A stretch of 64,000 nt of DNA from Eledone cirrhosa (GCA_964016885.1 OZ024762.1:9548001-9612000); one strand, 5' to 3'; shown: positions 13,201-27,353, counted from the first letter of the stretch. A program made the numbers and translations. The notes: generated by a model from the sequence alone, not told the origin.

Positions 13201-13440
13201 TCTACCTAGCCATACCTTCCTTCAACCAGCCATCCAACCATCCATCTACCTACCCTTACCTTCCTTCAGCCAGCCATCCAACCATCCATCTACCTACCCA
13301 TACCTTCCGTCAACCAGCCATCCAACCATCCATCTACCTACCCATACCTTCCTTCAACCAGCCATCCAACCATCCATCTACCTAGCCATACCTTCCTTCA
13401 ACCAACCATCTAACCATCCATCCATCCACTCATCCAACCA
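10292..13440. repeat. 3.1 kb C-rich satellite (44/36/32 bp units of tetramer variants) with a 1137 bp higher-order duplication
   Basis: Unit cataccttccttcaaccagccatccaaccatccatctacctagc. Rare variants recur at an offset of 1137 (10851/11988, 11334/12471, 11471/12608, 11751/12888). Confidence 0.95.
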
Positions 13441-13690
13441 TTCTTCCGTGAGCTTCAGCAATCTGAGGTCTGCTCTCACCACCTCCGCCCATGTTTTTCG
13501 TGGTCTTCCTCGACTGTGTTTTCCTTCTACTGGCATTTCTTGGCACTTCTTTGCCCAGTGGTCATCCTCCATACGCATCACATGTCCATACCATCTCAGT
13601 CTTCTCTCCCTCACACTACAACTTATCTCTCTTATACACAGTTTCACTCTCAACTCATCCATGCTTGGTCGTTCACGTACATTGACATTA
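13441..13690 (-). mobile_element. RTE-clade LINE ORF 3' fragment
   Basis: RERRLRWYGHVMRMEDDHWAK...GKHSRGRPRKTWAEVVRADL is the RTE C-terminal signature. Confidence 0.9.
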
Positions 13691-14274
13691 TATATATAGA
13701 CACATAATCCTCATAAATTATAAACACCACCCCCATCCCACCCTAAGCTCTACAATCCGTACAATCATCATCACCACCATGATGATTTAGATGATGAGCA
13801 ATAATAATAATAATAATACATTCTTTATAGATTATGCAACACTAACAACACCCCTCCCTTCAACTTCACCACCACCACAACAACGACCATCTGTTAGATA
13901 ACAACAATGATAATAATACTAATAATGATGTTGGTGATGATGATCGTTTCTGGTTTAGGTACAAGACCAACAAATTTTGGGGGGGGAGTTGGGGGAAAGA
14001 CAATAAAATTAACCCCCAGTGTATGACTGGTACTTTATTTTATCGACCTCGTAAGGATGAAAGGCAAAGTTAACCTCGGCAGGATTTGAACTCAGAATGT
14101 AAAGGGCCATAACGTTATGCCACAAAGCATGTTGTTCGATGCTCTGCTGATACTGCCAATCCACCACCCTTGCATTAATACAATAATAATTATTATAATA
14201 ATAATGAGCAGGAGGAGGATTTTTATCAGCCTCAAGGGCTAAAGACATAGGATGCAGTACCAGGATGAAAAAAC

Positions 14275-16341
14275 AATACAGTGATAACAACCCAATAACT
14301 GTTATGTCAAAACAATAACAGTGACAACAACCCCATATCTGTTATGTCAAGAAATAACAGTGACAATAACCCAATAACTGTTATGTCTAGATTATAACAG
14401 TGACAACAACCCAATAACTGTTATGTCAAGAAATAACAGTGACAACAACCCCATATCTGTTATGTCCAGAAATAACAGTGACAATAACCCAATAACTGTT
14501 ATGTCTAGATTATAACAGTGACAACAACCCCATAACTGTTATGTTCAGATTATAACAGTGACAACAACCCAATAACTGTTATGTTCAGATTATAACAGTG
14601 ACAACAACCCCATAACTGTTATGTTCAGATTATAACAGTGACAACAACCCCATAACTGTTATGTTCAGATTATAACAGTGACAACAACCCAATAACTGTT
14701 ATGTTCAGATTATAACAGTGACAACAACCCCATAACTGTTATGTTCAGATTATAACAGTGACAACAACCCCATAACTGTTATGTTCAGATTATAACAGTG
14801 ACAACAACCCAATAACTGTTATGTTCAGATTATAACAGTGACAACAACCCCATAACTGTTATGTTCAGATTATAACAGTGACAACAACCCAATAACTGTT
14901 ATGTTCAGATTATAACAGTGACAACAACCCAATAACTGTTATGTTCAGATTATAACAGTGACAACAACCCAATAACTGTTATGTTCAGATTATAACAGTG
15001 ACAACAACCCATTAACTGTTATGTTCAGAATATAACAGTGACAAGAGCCCAATAACTGTTATGTTCAGATTATAACAGTGACAACAACCCAATAACTGTT
15101 ATGTTCAGATTATAACAGTGACAACAACCCTATAACTGTTATGTTCAGATTATAACAGTGACAAGAGCCCAATAACTGTTATGTTCAGATTATAACAGTG
15201 ACAACAACCCTATAACTTATGTTCAGATTATAACAGTGACAACAACCCATTAACTGTTATGTTCAGATTATAACAGTGACAACAACCCTATAACTGTTAT
15301 GTTCAGATTATAACAGTGATAACAACCCAATAGCTGTTATGTTCAGATTATAACAGTGACAACAACCCAATAACTGTTATGTTCAGATTATAACAGTGAC
15401 AACAACCCAATAACTGTTATGTTCAGATTATAACAGTGACAACAACCCTATAACTTATGTTCAGATTATAACAGTGACAACAACCCAATAACTGTTGTGT
15501 TCAGATTATAACAGTGACAACAACCCTATAACTGTTATGTTCAGATTATAACAGTGACAACAACCCAATAACTGTTGTGTTCAGATTATAACAGTGACAA
15601 CAACCCTATAACTGTTATGTTCAGATTATAACAGTGATAACAACCCAATAGCTGTTATGTTCAGATTATAACAGTGACAACAACCCAATAACTGTTATGT
15701 TCAGATTATAACAGTGACAACAACCCAATAACTGTTATGTTCAGATTATAACAGTGACAACAACCCAATAGCTGTTATGTTCAGATTATAACAGTGACAA
15801 CAACCCTATAACTGTTATGTTCAGATTATAACAGTGACAACAACCCAATAACTGTTATGTTCAGATTATAACAGTGACAACAACCCAATAACTGTTATGT
15901 TCAGATTATAACAGTGACAACAACCCTATAACTGTTGTGTTCAGATTATAACAGTGACAACAACCCTATAACTGTTATGTTCAGATTATAACAGTGACAA
16001 CAACCCAATAACTGTTATGTTCAGATTATAACAGTGACAACAACCCTATAACTGTTGTGTTCAGATTATAACAGTGACAACAACCCAATAACTGTTATGT
16101 TCAGATTATAACAGTGACAACAACCCTATAACTGTTGTGTTCAGATTATAACAGTGACAACAACCCTATAACTGTTATGTTCAGATTATAACAGTGACAA
16201 CAACCCTATAACTGTTATGTTCAGATTATAACAGTGACAATAACCCAATAACTGTTATGTTCAGATTATAACAGTGACAACAACCCCATAACTGTTATGT
16301 TCAGATTATAACAGTGACAATAACCCAATAACTGTTATGTC
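14275..16341. repeat. 40 bp minisatellite, about 51 copies, each with an internal 8 bp inverted repeat
   Basis: Unit acaacaacccaataactgttatgttcagattataacagtg, containing the actgttat/ataacagt stem. Confidence 0.95.
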
Positions 16342-16625
16342 CTGATAAAAACAGTTTATATATATATATATATACATACATGCATACACACATTACATAC
16401 ATACAAACTCCAATACACACACTTGTAATACATACATACATACACACATGTACATGCATACACACACAGATACATACATACATACACCTGTATATACATA
16501 CATACATGCATACACACATATATACATACACACATACACATATATACATACACATATATATATATATATACACACACAGATACATATATACATACACCTG
16601 TACATACACACATATATACATACAC

Positions 16626-16702
<77 letters not shown>

Positions 16703-16841
16703 CACACACATACATATATACATACACGCATATACATACATATGTATATATACATATATACATACACACATATACATACATATATATATTTATATACATA
16801 CATACACCTGTACATACGCACATATATACATACACACATAT

Positions 16842-16911
<70 letters not shown>

Positions 16912-17515
16912 CCATCTAATAATAGACTGCTGCAGCCAAGCCCCACCCTCCAAGCCCCACCCCTCCAAGCCTCACCCCTCCATTACTACGCATCAGTTAT
17001 TGCAGTGATTGGGAGGAAAATGATACAACAATATACAAGAGCTGCTGTTGTTGTTGTTGTTGTTGTAGCAGCAGCAGCAGCAACTAGTGGCCAATACACA
17101 CAGACATACACAAACATATATACACTCATAAATACAGAGCCACACACAAACACATATAGACAGGCACTCACAAACACACGTACACACACATACATTCACA
17201 CACACACAAAAACATATATTTATATATACACACACACTAATACACAGATACACAGACAGACACAAAAAATATATACACACAGAGTAATACAGAGATAGAA
17301 ATATATATATATATATTCCCGTCCAGACCCATGCTAGCGTGGAAAATGGACGTTAAACGATGATGATGATGATGATATATATATATATAGAAGGTGAGTA
17401 ATATTGTAGAACAATAAAACTATGCATATATCAGATAAGTAGCACTCAACAGTTGGTAGAACTGGAGTATATATAATAAAGAAGAAATTAAAAGATGGTT
17501 ATAAGAGTTCCATAT

Positions 17516-17583
17516 ATTTTATTATACGTATTTCGAATACAAAATCATCCTGGGACAAATATTGTGTTCTCATCAGATAAAAT
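17516..17583 (-). ncRNA. Type I hammerhead ribozyme motif, intact core
   Basis: The minus strand reads attttat-CTGATGA-gaacacaa...ttgtattc-GAAA-tacgta-TA-ataaaat: a 7 bp perfect stem I, a 7/8 bp stem II, a palindromic stem III (ATACGTAT) and an AUA cleavage triplet. Confidence 0.8.
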
Positions 17584-17758
17584 AAGGTAAAATGATAAAA
17601 TAAGGTAAGATGATATATATAGTATATAAGTGTTATATAGTATATATATATATAGTATTAACACTATATATATACTATATAACACTTATATTCTGTCATA
17701 TGTAGACTTAGCACTTTCCTGTAAACAAGTGCTATTATGCCTCATATCATTGTACCTT

Positions 17759-17826
17759 ATTTTATCTGAAGAGAACACAATTTCTGTCCCAGGAGGATTT
17801 TGTATTCGAAATATGTATAATAAAAT
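17759..17826 (+). ncRNA. Type I hammerhead ribozyme motif, intact core
   Basis: attttat-CTGAAGA-gaacacaa...ttgtattc-GAAA-tatgta-TA-ataaaat. Confidence 0.75.
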
Positions 17827-18172
17827 ATATGGAACTCTTATAACCATCTTTTATTTCATCTTTATTATATTGCCTCAAAAGTTCAAGTGGCACAACTCCC
17901 GTCTAACCCATGCTAGCATGGAAGATGGACGTTAAACGACGACGATGATGATGATGATGATGATGATGATGATATATGTGTGTGTGTGAAGCAAGCATAC
18001 ATATGCATATCATCATCATCACTATCGTGTGAAGGAAGCTTACATATGCATATCATTATCAACACCATCATCAATATTCTATGTACTATACATGCACCTT
18101 TGATGAGTTGTAGTGCACCTGAGCACTGTACACAGTAATTTCATTATATATATTATATCATCATCACCATCA

Positions 18173-18967
18173 ATACATTTTACATCTGGGGTCTATTATC
18201 AGCTCTGGGGGACAGGGGCTACATTTTACATCTGGCCTGGGGTCTATTATCAGCTCTGGGGGACAGGGGCTACATTTTACATCTGGCCTGGGGTCTATTA
18301 TCAGCTCTGGGGGACAGGGGCTACATTTTACATCTGGCCTGGGGTCTATTATCAGCTCTGGGGGACAGGGGCTACATTTTACATCTGGCCTGGGGTCTAT
18401 TATCAGCTCTGGGGGACAGGGGCTACATTTTACATCTGGCCTGGGGTCTATTATCAGCTCTGGGGGACAGGGGCTACATTTTACATCTGGCCTGGGGTCT
18501 ATTATCAGCTCTGGGGGACAGGGGCTACATTTTACATCTGGCCAGGGGTCTATTATCAGCTCTGGGGGACAGGGGCTACATTTTACATCTGGCCTGGGGT
18601 CTATTATCAGCTCTGGGGGACAGGGGCTACATTTTACATCTGGCCTGGGGTCTATTATCAGCTCTAGGGGACAGGGGCTATATTTTACATCTGGCCTGGG
18701 GTCTATTATCAGCTCTAGGGGACAGGGGCTACATTTTACATCTGGCCTGGGGTCTATTATCAGCTCTGGGGGACAGGGGCTACATTTTACATCTGGCCTG
18801 GGGTCTATTATCAGCTCTGGGGGACAGGGGCTACATTTTACATCTGGCCTGGGGTCTATTATCAGCTCTGGGGGACAGGGGCTACATTTTACATCTGGCC
18901 AGGGGTCTATTATCAGCTCTGGGGGACAGGGGCTACATTTTACATCTGGCCTGGGGTCTATTATCAG
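18173..18967. repeat. 51 bp minisatellite, about 15.5 copies
   Basis: Unit tacattttacatctggcctggggtctattatcagctctgggggacaggggc. Confidence 0.95.
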
Positions 18968-19173
18968 GGTTAAGTTACTATCCCAGTAATGAAATAAAAC
19001 ACTGACACACACACACACACACATACAGTCAGACAGACACTGACACACACACACATACAGACAGATACAGGCACACATATATACAGACACAGACTCATAC
19101 AGACACAGACACACACTCATACACATACAGAGACACACACATACACAGACACATACACAGACACACACACACA

Positions 19174-19212
<39 letters not shown>

Positions 19213-19469
19213 ACACCTATAGCTGAATGTATTAGCATCATCAGTCGATTGACATCATTAACTGAATGCTCATTGATAGACTAGGTGGCAGCACCAGTCA
19301 TATTATTTACATCTTAACTTCTGTTGACATCATTCAATCAATATTTTAACACCATTGATGTGAGTGGAACCTTTCACTCAAGCCATGCTCACCACTCTCA
19401 CTCTCACTCATCTCTCAGCAAGTCTACTGGAGAGTAATATCTCCCACTCCACCCTCACTCTTCTTTTTT

Positions 19470-20226
19470 AAACTGGACGTATCCAGCCAGAATTCTCTCA
19501 CCTCTTTCTTTTCAAACCGGCCATAACTGGCCACTCATACTGATGTTAAGGTATTGTTCTCAAAATAAATATCATAATCTCGTAGATACAATATTATGTG
19601 AAATATTATGTGAGGTAAAGCCTTTACTGTGAAAATACAATAGTATATATAGAGTAATGTAAATGTTATGTGAAATATTATGTGAGGTAAAGTCTTTACT
19701 GTGAAAATACAATAGTATATATAGAGTAATGTAAATGTTATGTGAGATATTATGTGAGGTAAAGCCTTTACTGTGAAAATACAATAGTATATATAGAGTA
19801 ATGTAAATGTTATGTGAGATATTATGTGAGGTAAAGCCTTTATCGTGAAAATGCAATAGTATATATAGAGTAATGTAAATGTTATGTGAGATATTATGTG
19901 AGGTAAAGCCTTTACTGTAAAAATACAATAGTATATATAGAGTAATGTAAATGTTATGTGAGATATTATGTGAGGTAAAGCCTTTACTGTGAAAATACAA
20001 TAGTATATACAGAGTAATGTAAATGTTATGTGAGATATTATGTGAGGTAAAGTCTTTACTGTGAAAATACAATAGTATATATAGAGTAATATAAATGTTA
20101 TGTGAGATATTATGTGAGGTAAAGCCTTTACTGTGAAAATACAATAGTATATATAGAGTAATGTAAATGTTATGTGAGATATTATGTGAGGTAAAGCCTT
20201 TACTGTGAAAATGCAATAGTAAAGGG
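19470..20226. mobile_element. piggyBac-type MITE containing a 72 bp tandem array (about 8-9 copies)
   Basis: MITE interior at 19470-19590, then a 72 bp period (19605, 19677 and onward), ending aatagtaaaggg. Confidence 0.85.
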
Positions 20227-20626
20227 AACACTTTAAAAAAGAATTTCAAAAGAAAAGAAGACAACGAAAGCTCAAACTGAAACAGAAAAAAACGTCAGTT
20301 CTCTGTCCCTTCAGATATAACTGGTATACAATTATTTGGCAGTATTGACAGAACATTCAACAACATGCTATGTGGCAGATTATTTTGGCCCTTTACGTTC
20401 AAATCTCGCTGAGAGTTAGCTTTGCCTTTCATCCTTACAGGGTCGATAAAATAAAGTACCTGTAATGCACTGGGGTTGATTTAATCAATATTCCTCTCCC
20501 ACAAAATTGCTGGCCTTCTGCCTATAGTAGAAATCATTATTTTTATTATTATATATATATTTTTTCGATACTGCCACTAGATTTTTTTTTACAGTGGACT
20601 CAGGTGATCAGGGTTGACTAGGACCA

Positions 20627-21182
20627 TAGATGGGGCCTTGATGGATGGGGCCTTGATGGATAGGGGACCTGATGGATGGGGGATCTGATGGATGGAGCCT
20701 TGATGGATGGGGCCTTGATGGATAGGGGACCTGATGGATGGGGGATCTGATGGATGGAGCCTTGATGGATAGGGGACCTGATGGATGGGGCCTTGATGGA
20801 TGGGGCCTTGTTGGATAGAGGACCTGATAGATGGGGCCTTGATGGATGGGGGACCTGATGGATGGGGCCTTCATGGATAGGGGACCTGATGGATGGGGCC
20901 TTGATGGATGGGGCCTTGTTGGATAGAGGACCTGATGGATGGGGCCTTGATGGATGGGGCCTTGTTGGATAGAGGACCTGATAGATGGGGCCTTGATGGA
21001 TGGGGGACCTGATGGATGGGGCCTTGATGGATAGGGGACCTGATGGATGGGGCCTTGATGGATGGGGCCTTGTTGGATAGAGGACCTGATAGATGGAGCC
21101 TTGATGGATGGGGCCTTGATGGATGGGGCCTTGATGGATAGGGGACCTGATGGATGGGGCCTTGATGGATAGGGGACCTGAT
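20627..21182. repeat. G-rich 15-16 bp minisatellite (gatggatggggcctt / gatggataggggacct)
   Basis: Direct reading. Confidence 0.9.
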
Positions 21183-21655
21183 AGGGAGGAGGGCAATGGA
21201 TGGAACTGATGGATGAGATTGATGTGATAACACCACCACCATAAACAACACACCACTGACAACACCACCACCAGCAACAACACCACCACCAACAACACCA
21301 CCACCAACAACACCACCACCAACAACCCCACCACCACTACCACAACAACAACCACACCACTACCACAACAATAGCATCACCACTACCACAACATCCCCAC
21401 TACCACTACCACCACAACAACATCACCACCACCACCACCACCACTACCACCACCAACACATCACCGCCACCACAACAACAACAGCATCACCACTACCTCT
21501 GCCACCACCACCACCACCACACCACCACAACAACAACACCACCACCACACCACCACCACCACAACAGAACACCACAACAACACAACAACACAACACCACC
21601 ACCACCATCCAAACAACACTACCACCACCACAACAACAACAACAAGGTACCTTAC

Positions 21656-21750
21656 CGTAAGTCTTTAGTGATACTCTAGGTATGAAGAGGTAAGGGTCAT
21701 TAAAGACATCCATGTCTGTAGAGATGGCTGCTGCAATTTGACGAAGGATG
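21656..21750 (-). CDS. Candidate coding exon ILRQIAAAISTDMDVFNDPYLFIPRVSLKTY, or alternative first exon from the ATG at 21713
   Basis: A unique-sequence island with a strong donor (ACG|gtaagg) and a weak acceptor (gtcccag|). Only one frame is open; 95 nt, phase 2 in, phase 1 out. Confidence 0.45.
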
Positions 21751-22489
21751 CTGGGACAATTGCATCAGTGACACATGCAGCAGCAGTAGTAGTAGCAGCA
21801 GCTGATGTCAGCAGATGCATCAACTATGCAAAAGTGCAGCAACTGTTACTGATGATGCACTAGCTTTCAATGGACAGATATGTAACTATTTCTCTCTCTC
21901 TCACTTTGACCTCTCTCTTTTTCTCACTTTGATTTCTCTCTCTCTCACTTTGATCTCTCTCTCTCACTTTGATCTCTCTCTCTTTCTCACTTTGATCTCT
22001 CTCTCTCTCACTTTGATCTCTCTCTCTCCTTCTCATATCTACCTCTCGCTCTCCTTTCTTTTACATCTTTCTCTCTTTCTCTCTCTTTCTTTTACATCTC
22101 TCTCTCCCTCTTATTTTCACCTTTCTTTCTCTCTCTCTCTATCTCTCAGACATCATCCCCCTCTCTCTCTCACTCACATCATCCCCCTCTCTCTCTAACT
22201 GACATCACCCCCTCTTTCTCTCTCTCACACATCCCCCTCTCTCACATCATCCCCCTCCCTCTCACTCACATCACCCCCTCTCTATATCACTCACACCATC
22301 CCCCTCTCTCTCTCTCACTCACATCACCCCCTCCCTATCTCACTCACACCATCTCCCCTCTCTCTCTCAATCACACCATACCCCCCTCTCTCTCACTCAC
22401 ACACACCCTCTCTCTCTCTCTCTCCCCATGTCCTCCTATTCAGCAATTGGCTTTCCTTACAACCAATTAGCTTCCTCTAATACACTGTA

Positions 22490-22496
22490 CAGCAGC

Positions 22497-22532
<36 letters not shown>

Positions 22533-22543
22533 GCAGCAGCACG

Positions 22544-22588
<45 letters not shown>

Positions 22589-23860
22589 GCAGCACAGCAA
22601 CAACAACAACAGCAGCACAACAACAACAACAACAGCAGCACAACGACAACAACAACAGCACAACAACAACAGCAGCAGCACAACAACAACAACAACAGCA
22701 CAACAACAACAACAACAACAGCACAACAACAACAACAACAGCAGCAGCACAACAACAACAACAACAGCACAAATGACAACAGCAACAACAACAGCACAAC
22801 AACAACAACAGCAACAACAACAGCACAACAACAACAACAGCAACAACAACAACAACAGCAGCAGCACAACAACAACAACAACAGCACAAATGACAACAGC
22901 ACAACAACAGCACAACAGCAACAACAACAGCACAACAACAACAACAACAGCAACAACAACAGCACAACAGCAACAACAACAGCACAACAACAACAACAAC
23001 AGCAACAACAACAGCACAACAACAACAACAACAGCAACAACAACAGCACAGCAGCAACAACAACAGCACAACAACAACAACAACAGCAACAACAATTCGT
23101 TAACAACAACAGCAACAACAGCAACAACGACAGCAGCAGCAGCAGCAACAACTCATTAATAACAACAACAACAACGACGACAGCAGCAGCAACTCAATAG
23201 CAATAACAACAACAATAGACACAACATTGTCAGGAAGAGCAACAATCGTAACAACAACATTGAGAGGATCATCATCATCATCATCACTATAGCCACCATC
23301 ACCACCATCACCATCACTGCCATCACCACCACCACCACCACCACCATCACCACCACCATCATCACTATAGCCACCATCACCACCATCACCATCACCGCCA
23401 CCATCACCATCACCACCACCACCACCACCATCATCATCACCATCACCACCATCACCATCACTGCCATCATCATCACCACCACCATCACCATCACCACCAT
23501 CACCATCACCACCACCACCACCACCACCACCATCACCATCACTGCCATCATCATCACCACCACCATCACCATCACCACCACCACCACCACCACCACCATC
23601 ACCATCACTGCCATCATCATCACCACCACCACCATCACCATCACCACTATCACCATCACTGCCATCATCATCACCACCATCACCACCACCACCATCATCA
23701 CCATCACCATCATCATCACCACCACCATCATCACTATCACCATCACCACCACCATCACCACCATCACCATCACTGCCATCATCATCACCACCATCACCAC
23801 CATCACCATCACTGCCACCACCATCACCACCACCATCACCATCACCATCGTCACTAGTAT
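22490..23860. repeat. (CAA/CAG)n then (CAC/CAT)n triplet low-complexity tracts
   Basis: Direct reading. Confidence 0.9.
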
Positions 23861-24119
23861 CATTATCAGAAAAAATTATGAACACCCCCCTCCCCCCTCC
23901 CCATCATAACACGTAGTCAACAATATATACAAGATGTATGTAGGATGTCAACATCCTATGTCTGTTGACATCCTCACAACAGACCCCCCCCCCCCCCGCC
24001 TACAGCAAACTACTAACATAAGTCGTCCCCCGCCCCCCCTCTGTCAACTCTACCTTCACAATACATCACAGTCACAGATTGTCGTCTGATACTGCCAGCC
24101 CCGGCGCTATTGATATTAA

Positions 24120-24660
24120 CTGTTTCTACTTTGGGCACAAGGCCAGCAAATACCCCCCAGTGCATTACTGGTACTTTATTTTACTGGTACTTTATTTATT
24201 TAGGCAAAGCTAACCTCGGCGGGATTTGAACTCAGAATGGCAAGGGCCGTTACTCTATGCTGCAAAGCATGGTGACCGACCCTCTACCGATACTGCCTAC
24301 CACAGCCCTATTGATAATAATTGTTTCTACTTTTGGCACAAGGCCAGCAATTACCCCAGTGCATTACTGGTACTTTATTTTATAGACCCCGTAAAGATGA
24401 AAGGCAAAGTTAACCAATATTATTATTACAGACTTAGTTCAAATACCGCCAAGGTTAACTTTGCCTTTCATCCTTAAGGGGTCGATAAAATAAAGTACCA
24501 GTAATACACTGGGGTAATTGCTGGCCTTGTGCCAAAAGTAGAAACAATTATTATTATTATAACAATTGTTTCTACTTTTGGCACAAGGCCAGCAATTATC
24601 CCAGTGTATTACTGGTACTTTATTTTATCGACCCCTTAAGGATGAAAGGCAAAGTTAACC
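24120..24660. mobile_element. Cluster of tRNA-derived SINE family A pieces in alternating orientation
   Basis: Family A sense strand: ggcggtggattggcagtatcgg (A box)...gagttcaaatcc (B box)...gcctttcatccttacggggtcgataaaataaagtaccagt...agaaacaatt(att)n. Roughly 25-30 full or partial copies occur in the window, e.g. near 3464, 13945, 20335, 25878, 38082, 48368, 49250, 50718, 50845, 52760, 55991, 56183, 60178 and 60388. Confidence 0.85.
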
Positions 24661-25339
24661 ACAGTAGTAGGGGAGAGGAAAAGAACACATATATACATAC
24701 ATACATACATACATACATACATACATACATGCATAGATACATACATATATACATACATAAATGAACGCATAGATAAATATGTACACCAACATATACACAT
24801 TCATAGATACATATATACACATATACATGTGTACATACGTGTAAACATACATAGATATGTACAACGTCATACACGCATGCACACACATACACATTCACTG
24901 ATTCACACATATACATATATACATACATTCATACATGTACACATACATAAATATGTACACCGACATACACACACACACACACATATAGATATATACATAC
25001 ACATACGTTTAAACATACACACATATATACATACACACGGTGTCACGACAATAAAACACACAGAGTTCACGCTGTAATGTGGCCGTGTAGGTAACACGGT
25101 AAAAACCTCCCAGTCCACGCTGCAAACGTGGTTGGTGTTAGGAAGGGCATCCAACCGTAGAAAACCTGCCAGACAGTCCCATACGAGCGAGACAACCAAT
25201 CTTGCCTGCCTCAAGTGGGACAATTCCCGTCTAAACCCATGCTAGCGTGGAAGACAGACATTAAACGATGATGATGATGATGATGATGATGACACATAGA
25301 TATAGATATATAGATATATATACACACATACATAGATGT

Positions 25340-25865
25340 CATCATGATACTATCAACCATTGAGTAATGGCGTAGCAGGAAAAAAAAACATTATAAAATG
25401 CAATCCATAGAAAGGATAATACTGAGGATAAAAATATATAAAGTTACAGCAATGTAAAGAGTCTATACACACGCATAATATGAAAAACGTAGTGATAGAA
25501 TGTTCCAGACAAAATCTCAATCAAATGGAAACATTACAGGCTAGACATATTGATATAGGACAGTGCATAGAAAACATGCACAGTTGTAGAAATCAGCTGC
25601 CCAGCAGATGTCAATATAATGTTAGAGATTAGCGAAAAGGAGAGTAGCTATGCTGAACAAATGAGAAATCTGCAGATACACTACTTTGAACAAACCTTTC
25701 GATCTGTACCTGTGATAACTGGGGGTGTTGGGATAGGTTACCAACAGGCTTTTACAAATTTTGAGAAACTGGGATTCACAGAACCAGAAAGAAAGAACAC
25801 TGCTAATCAGGGAATTACAAACACAGTCCATTAATGTTTAGGTTGATTACCAAATGGAAAAAATA
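25340..25865 (+). mobile_element. Decayed R4/Dong-clade LINE, restriction-like endonuclease region
   Basis: From 25529 it reads KHYRLDILI*DSA*KTCTVVEISCPADVNIMLEISEKESSYAEQMRNLQIHY...VPVITG, matching the HNRPDI...D/E.x.P.D.NI..K..EK...Y pattern. It has two in-frame stops and (AAT)n follows. Confidence 0.75.
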
Positions 25866-26339
25866 TATAATAATAATAATTGTTTCAACTTTTGGCACAA
25901 GGCCAGCAATTACCCAGTGCATTACTGGTACTTTATTTTATCAACCCCCGTAAGGATGAAAGGCAAAGTTAACCTCGGCGGGATTCGATCTCAGAATGGC
26001 AAGGGCCGTAACTCTATGCGCCAAAGCATGGCGTCTGACCCTCTACCGATACTGCCAGTCCACCGCCCTTATATAATAATAATAATAATGAAATTATTGT
26101 GTACAGTGCTCAGGTGCACTACAACTCATCAAAGGTGCATGTATAGTACATAGAATAATGTTCAAATGTCAGGAAAATGAACAGTGTACGAGTCATGAAA
26201 TACATGTGTGCGTGTGTAAGGAGAAGGGGGGGGGCAGATGTGTAAATATGAAAATACACTCTTGACAGGTGCAATGTGTCCAAACAATGGAAGAGCCCAA
26301 ACTCCCACCGTCATTGCCCCTATCTGTCTTCTTGCCCTC

Positions 26340-26445
26340 CCCATCTCTCTGTACAGTGAGCAACTGGGATCCCACGTGCTGGCCGGAGAAGGCGTTTCTC
26401 TGGGGGATGGTAAGGGAGATGCGCTGGAAGAGCCATTCCATTGAG
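26340..26445 (-). mobile_element. CRE-clade LINE 3' remnant
   Basis: EWLFQRISLTI..RNAF, a decayed copy of 45020-45110. Confidence 0.65.
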
Positions 26446-26669
26446 TTGTGGATGACAGCTAAGTCTCATGAATGTGTGTAAAGTGAGGAGTTAGAATGAT
26501 ATGGTGATAAGAGAGGTTGAACAGTGGTAGCCACAGGCTGGTGGCAATGAAAGGGTTAATAATGAGAAAATTATCTATATCAGCGGTCACCAACCAGTGG
26601 TCCACGAGATATAAAATATTTATCTTTTTTAAAAATTCACATTAGTGCTCTGCCGTCGGGGTCATACTT

Positions 26670-26710
<41 letters not shown>

Positions 26711-26777
26711 CATACATACATACATACATAATGCATGCCTGCACATATACATACATACACACATACATGTATATTTA

Positions 26778-27047
26778 CAATTCTCAGACCGGGTGATGTG
26801 TTGTTTCCTTGAGCAAGACACTTTATTTCACATTGCTCCAGTTTACTCAGCTGTAGAAATGAGATGATAGGGACTAGGGTCCCTATCATTCCACTGCAAA
26901 GTGGTCGTGGAGGTGCCACGGCGAAAAAGCACCCAGCACTCACTGTAAATGAGGTTGGTGTTAGGAAGGGCATCCAGCTGTAGAAATCAAGCCAGAATCA
27001 GTTCCCGTCCCACCCTTGCAAGCAGGAAAAAACGGACGTAAAATGAA

Positions 27048-27085
<38 letters not shown>
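26778..27085 (+). mobile_element. SINE family B, 5' truncated
   Basis: Matches 34601-34895 and ends in a (GAT)n tail. Confidence 0.9.
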
Positions 27086-27353
27086 ATATATATATATATA
27101 TATGTAAATATACATGTATGTGTGTATGTATGTATACATACATACATAATGCATGCCTGCACATATATATACATACATACATACATATATGTATATTTAC
27201 ATATATATATACACATACATGTATATTTACATACACACATATATATATATATATACATACATAATGCATGCCTGCACATATATATACATACATACACACA
27301 CATACATGAATATTTATCTATATATCTCACTCTATATATATATATGAATATAA

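Larger units (their letters stand above)
17430..17870. mobile_element. Penelope-like element remnant with inverted pseudo-LTRs
   Basis: Inverted arms of ~126 bp (17471-17597 / 17745-17870), each containing a hammerhead motif, with AGCACTCA at 17441. Confidence 0.7.

Noticed and set aside
18113-19216. 17-aa repeat proteins on both strands (PDVKCSPCPPELIIDPR / GVYYQLWGTGATFYIWP)
   Set aside because: A 51 bp unit keeps frames open automatically. The observed variants are non-synonymous (R/W, P/L, C/Y) or create a stop, and the minus ORF starts in (TG)n.
19572-20264. 230 aa ORF with 24-aa repeats
   Set aside because: It is the translation of the 72 bp MITE-derived array.
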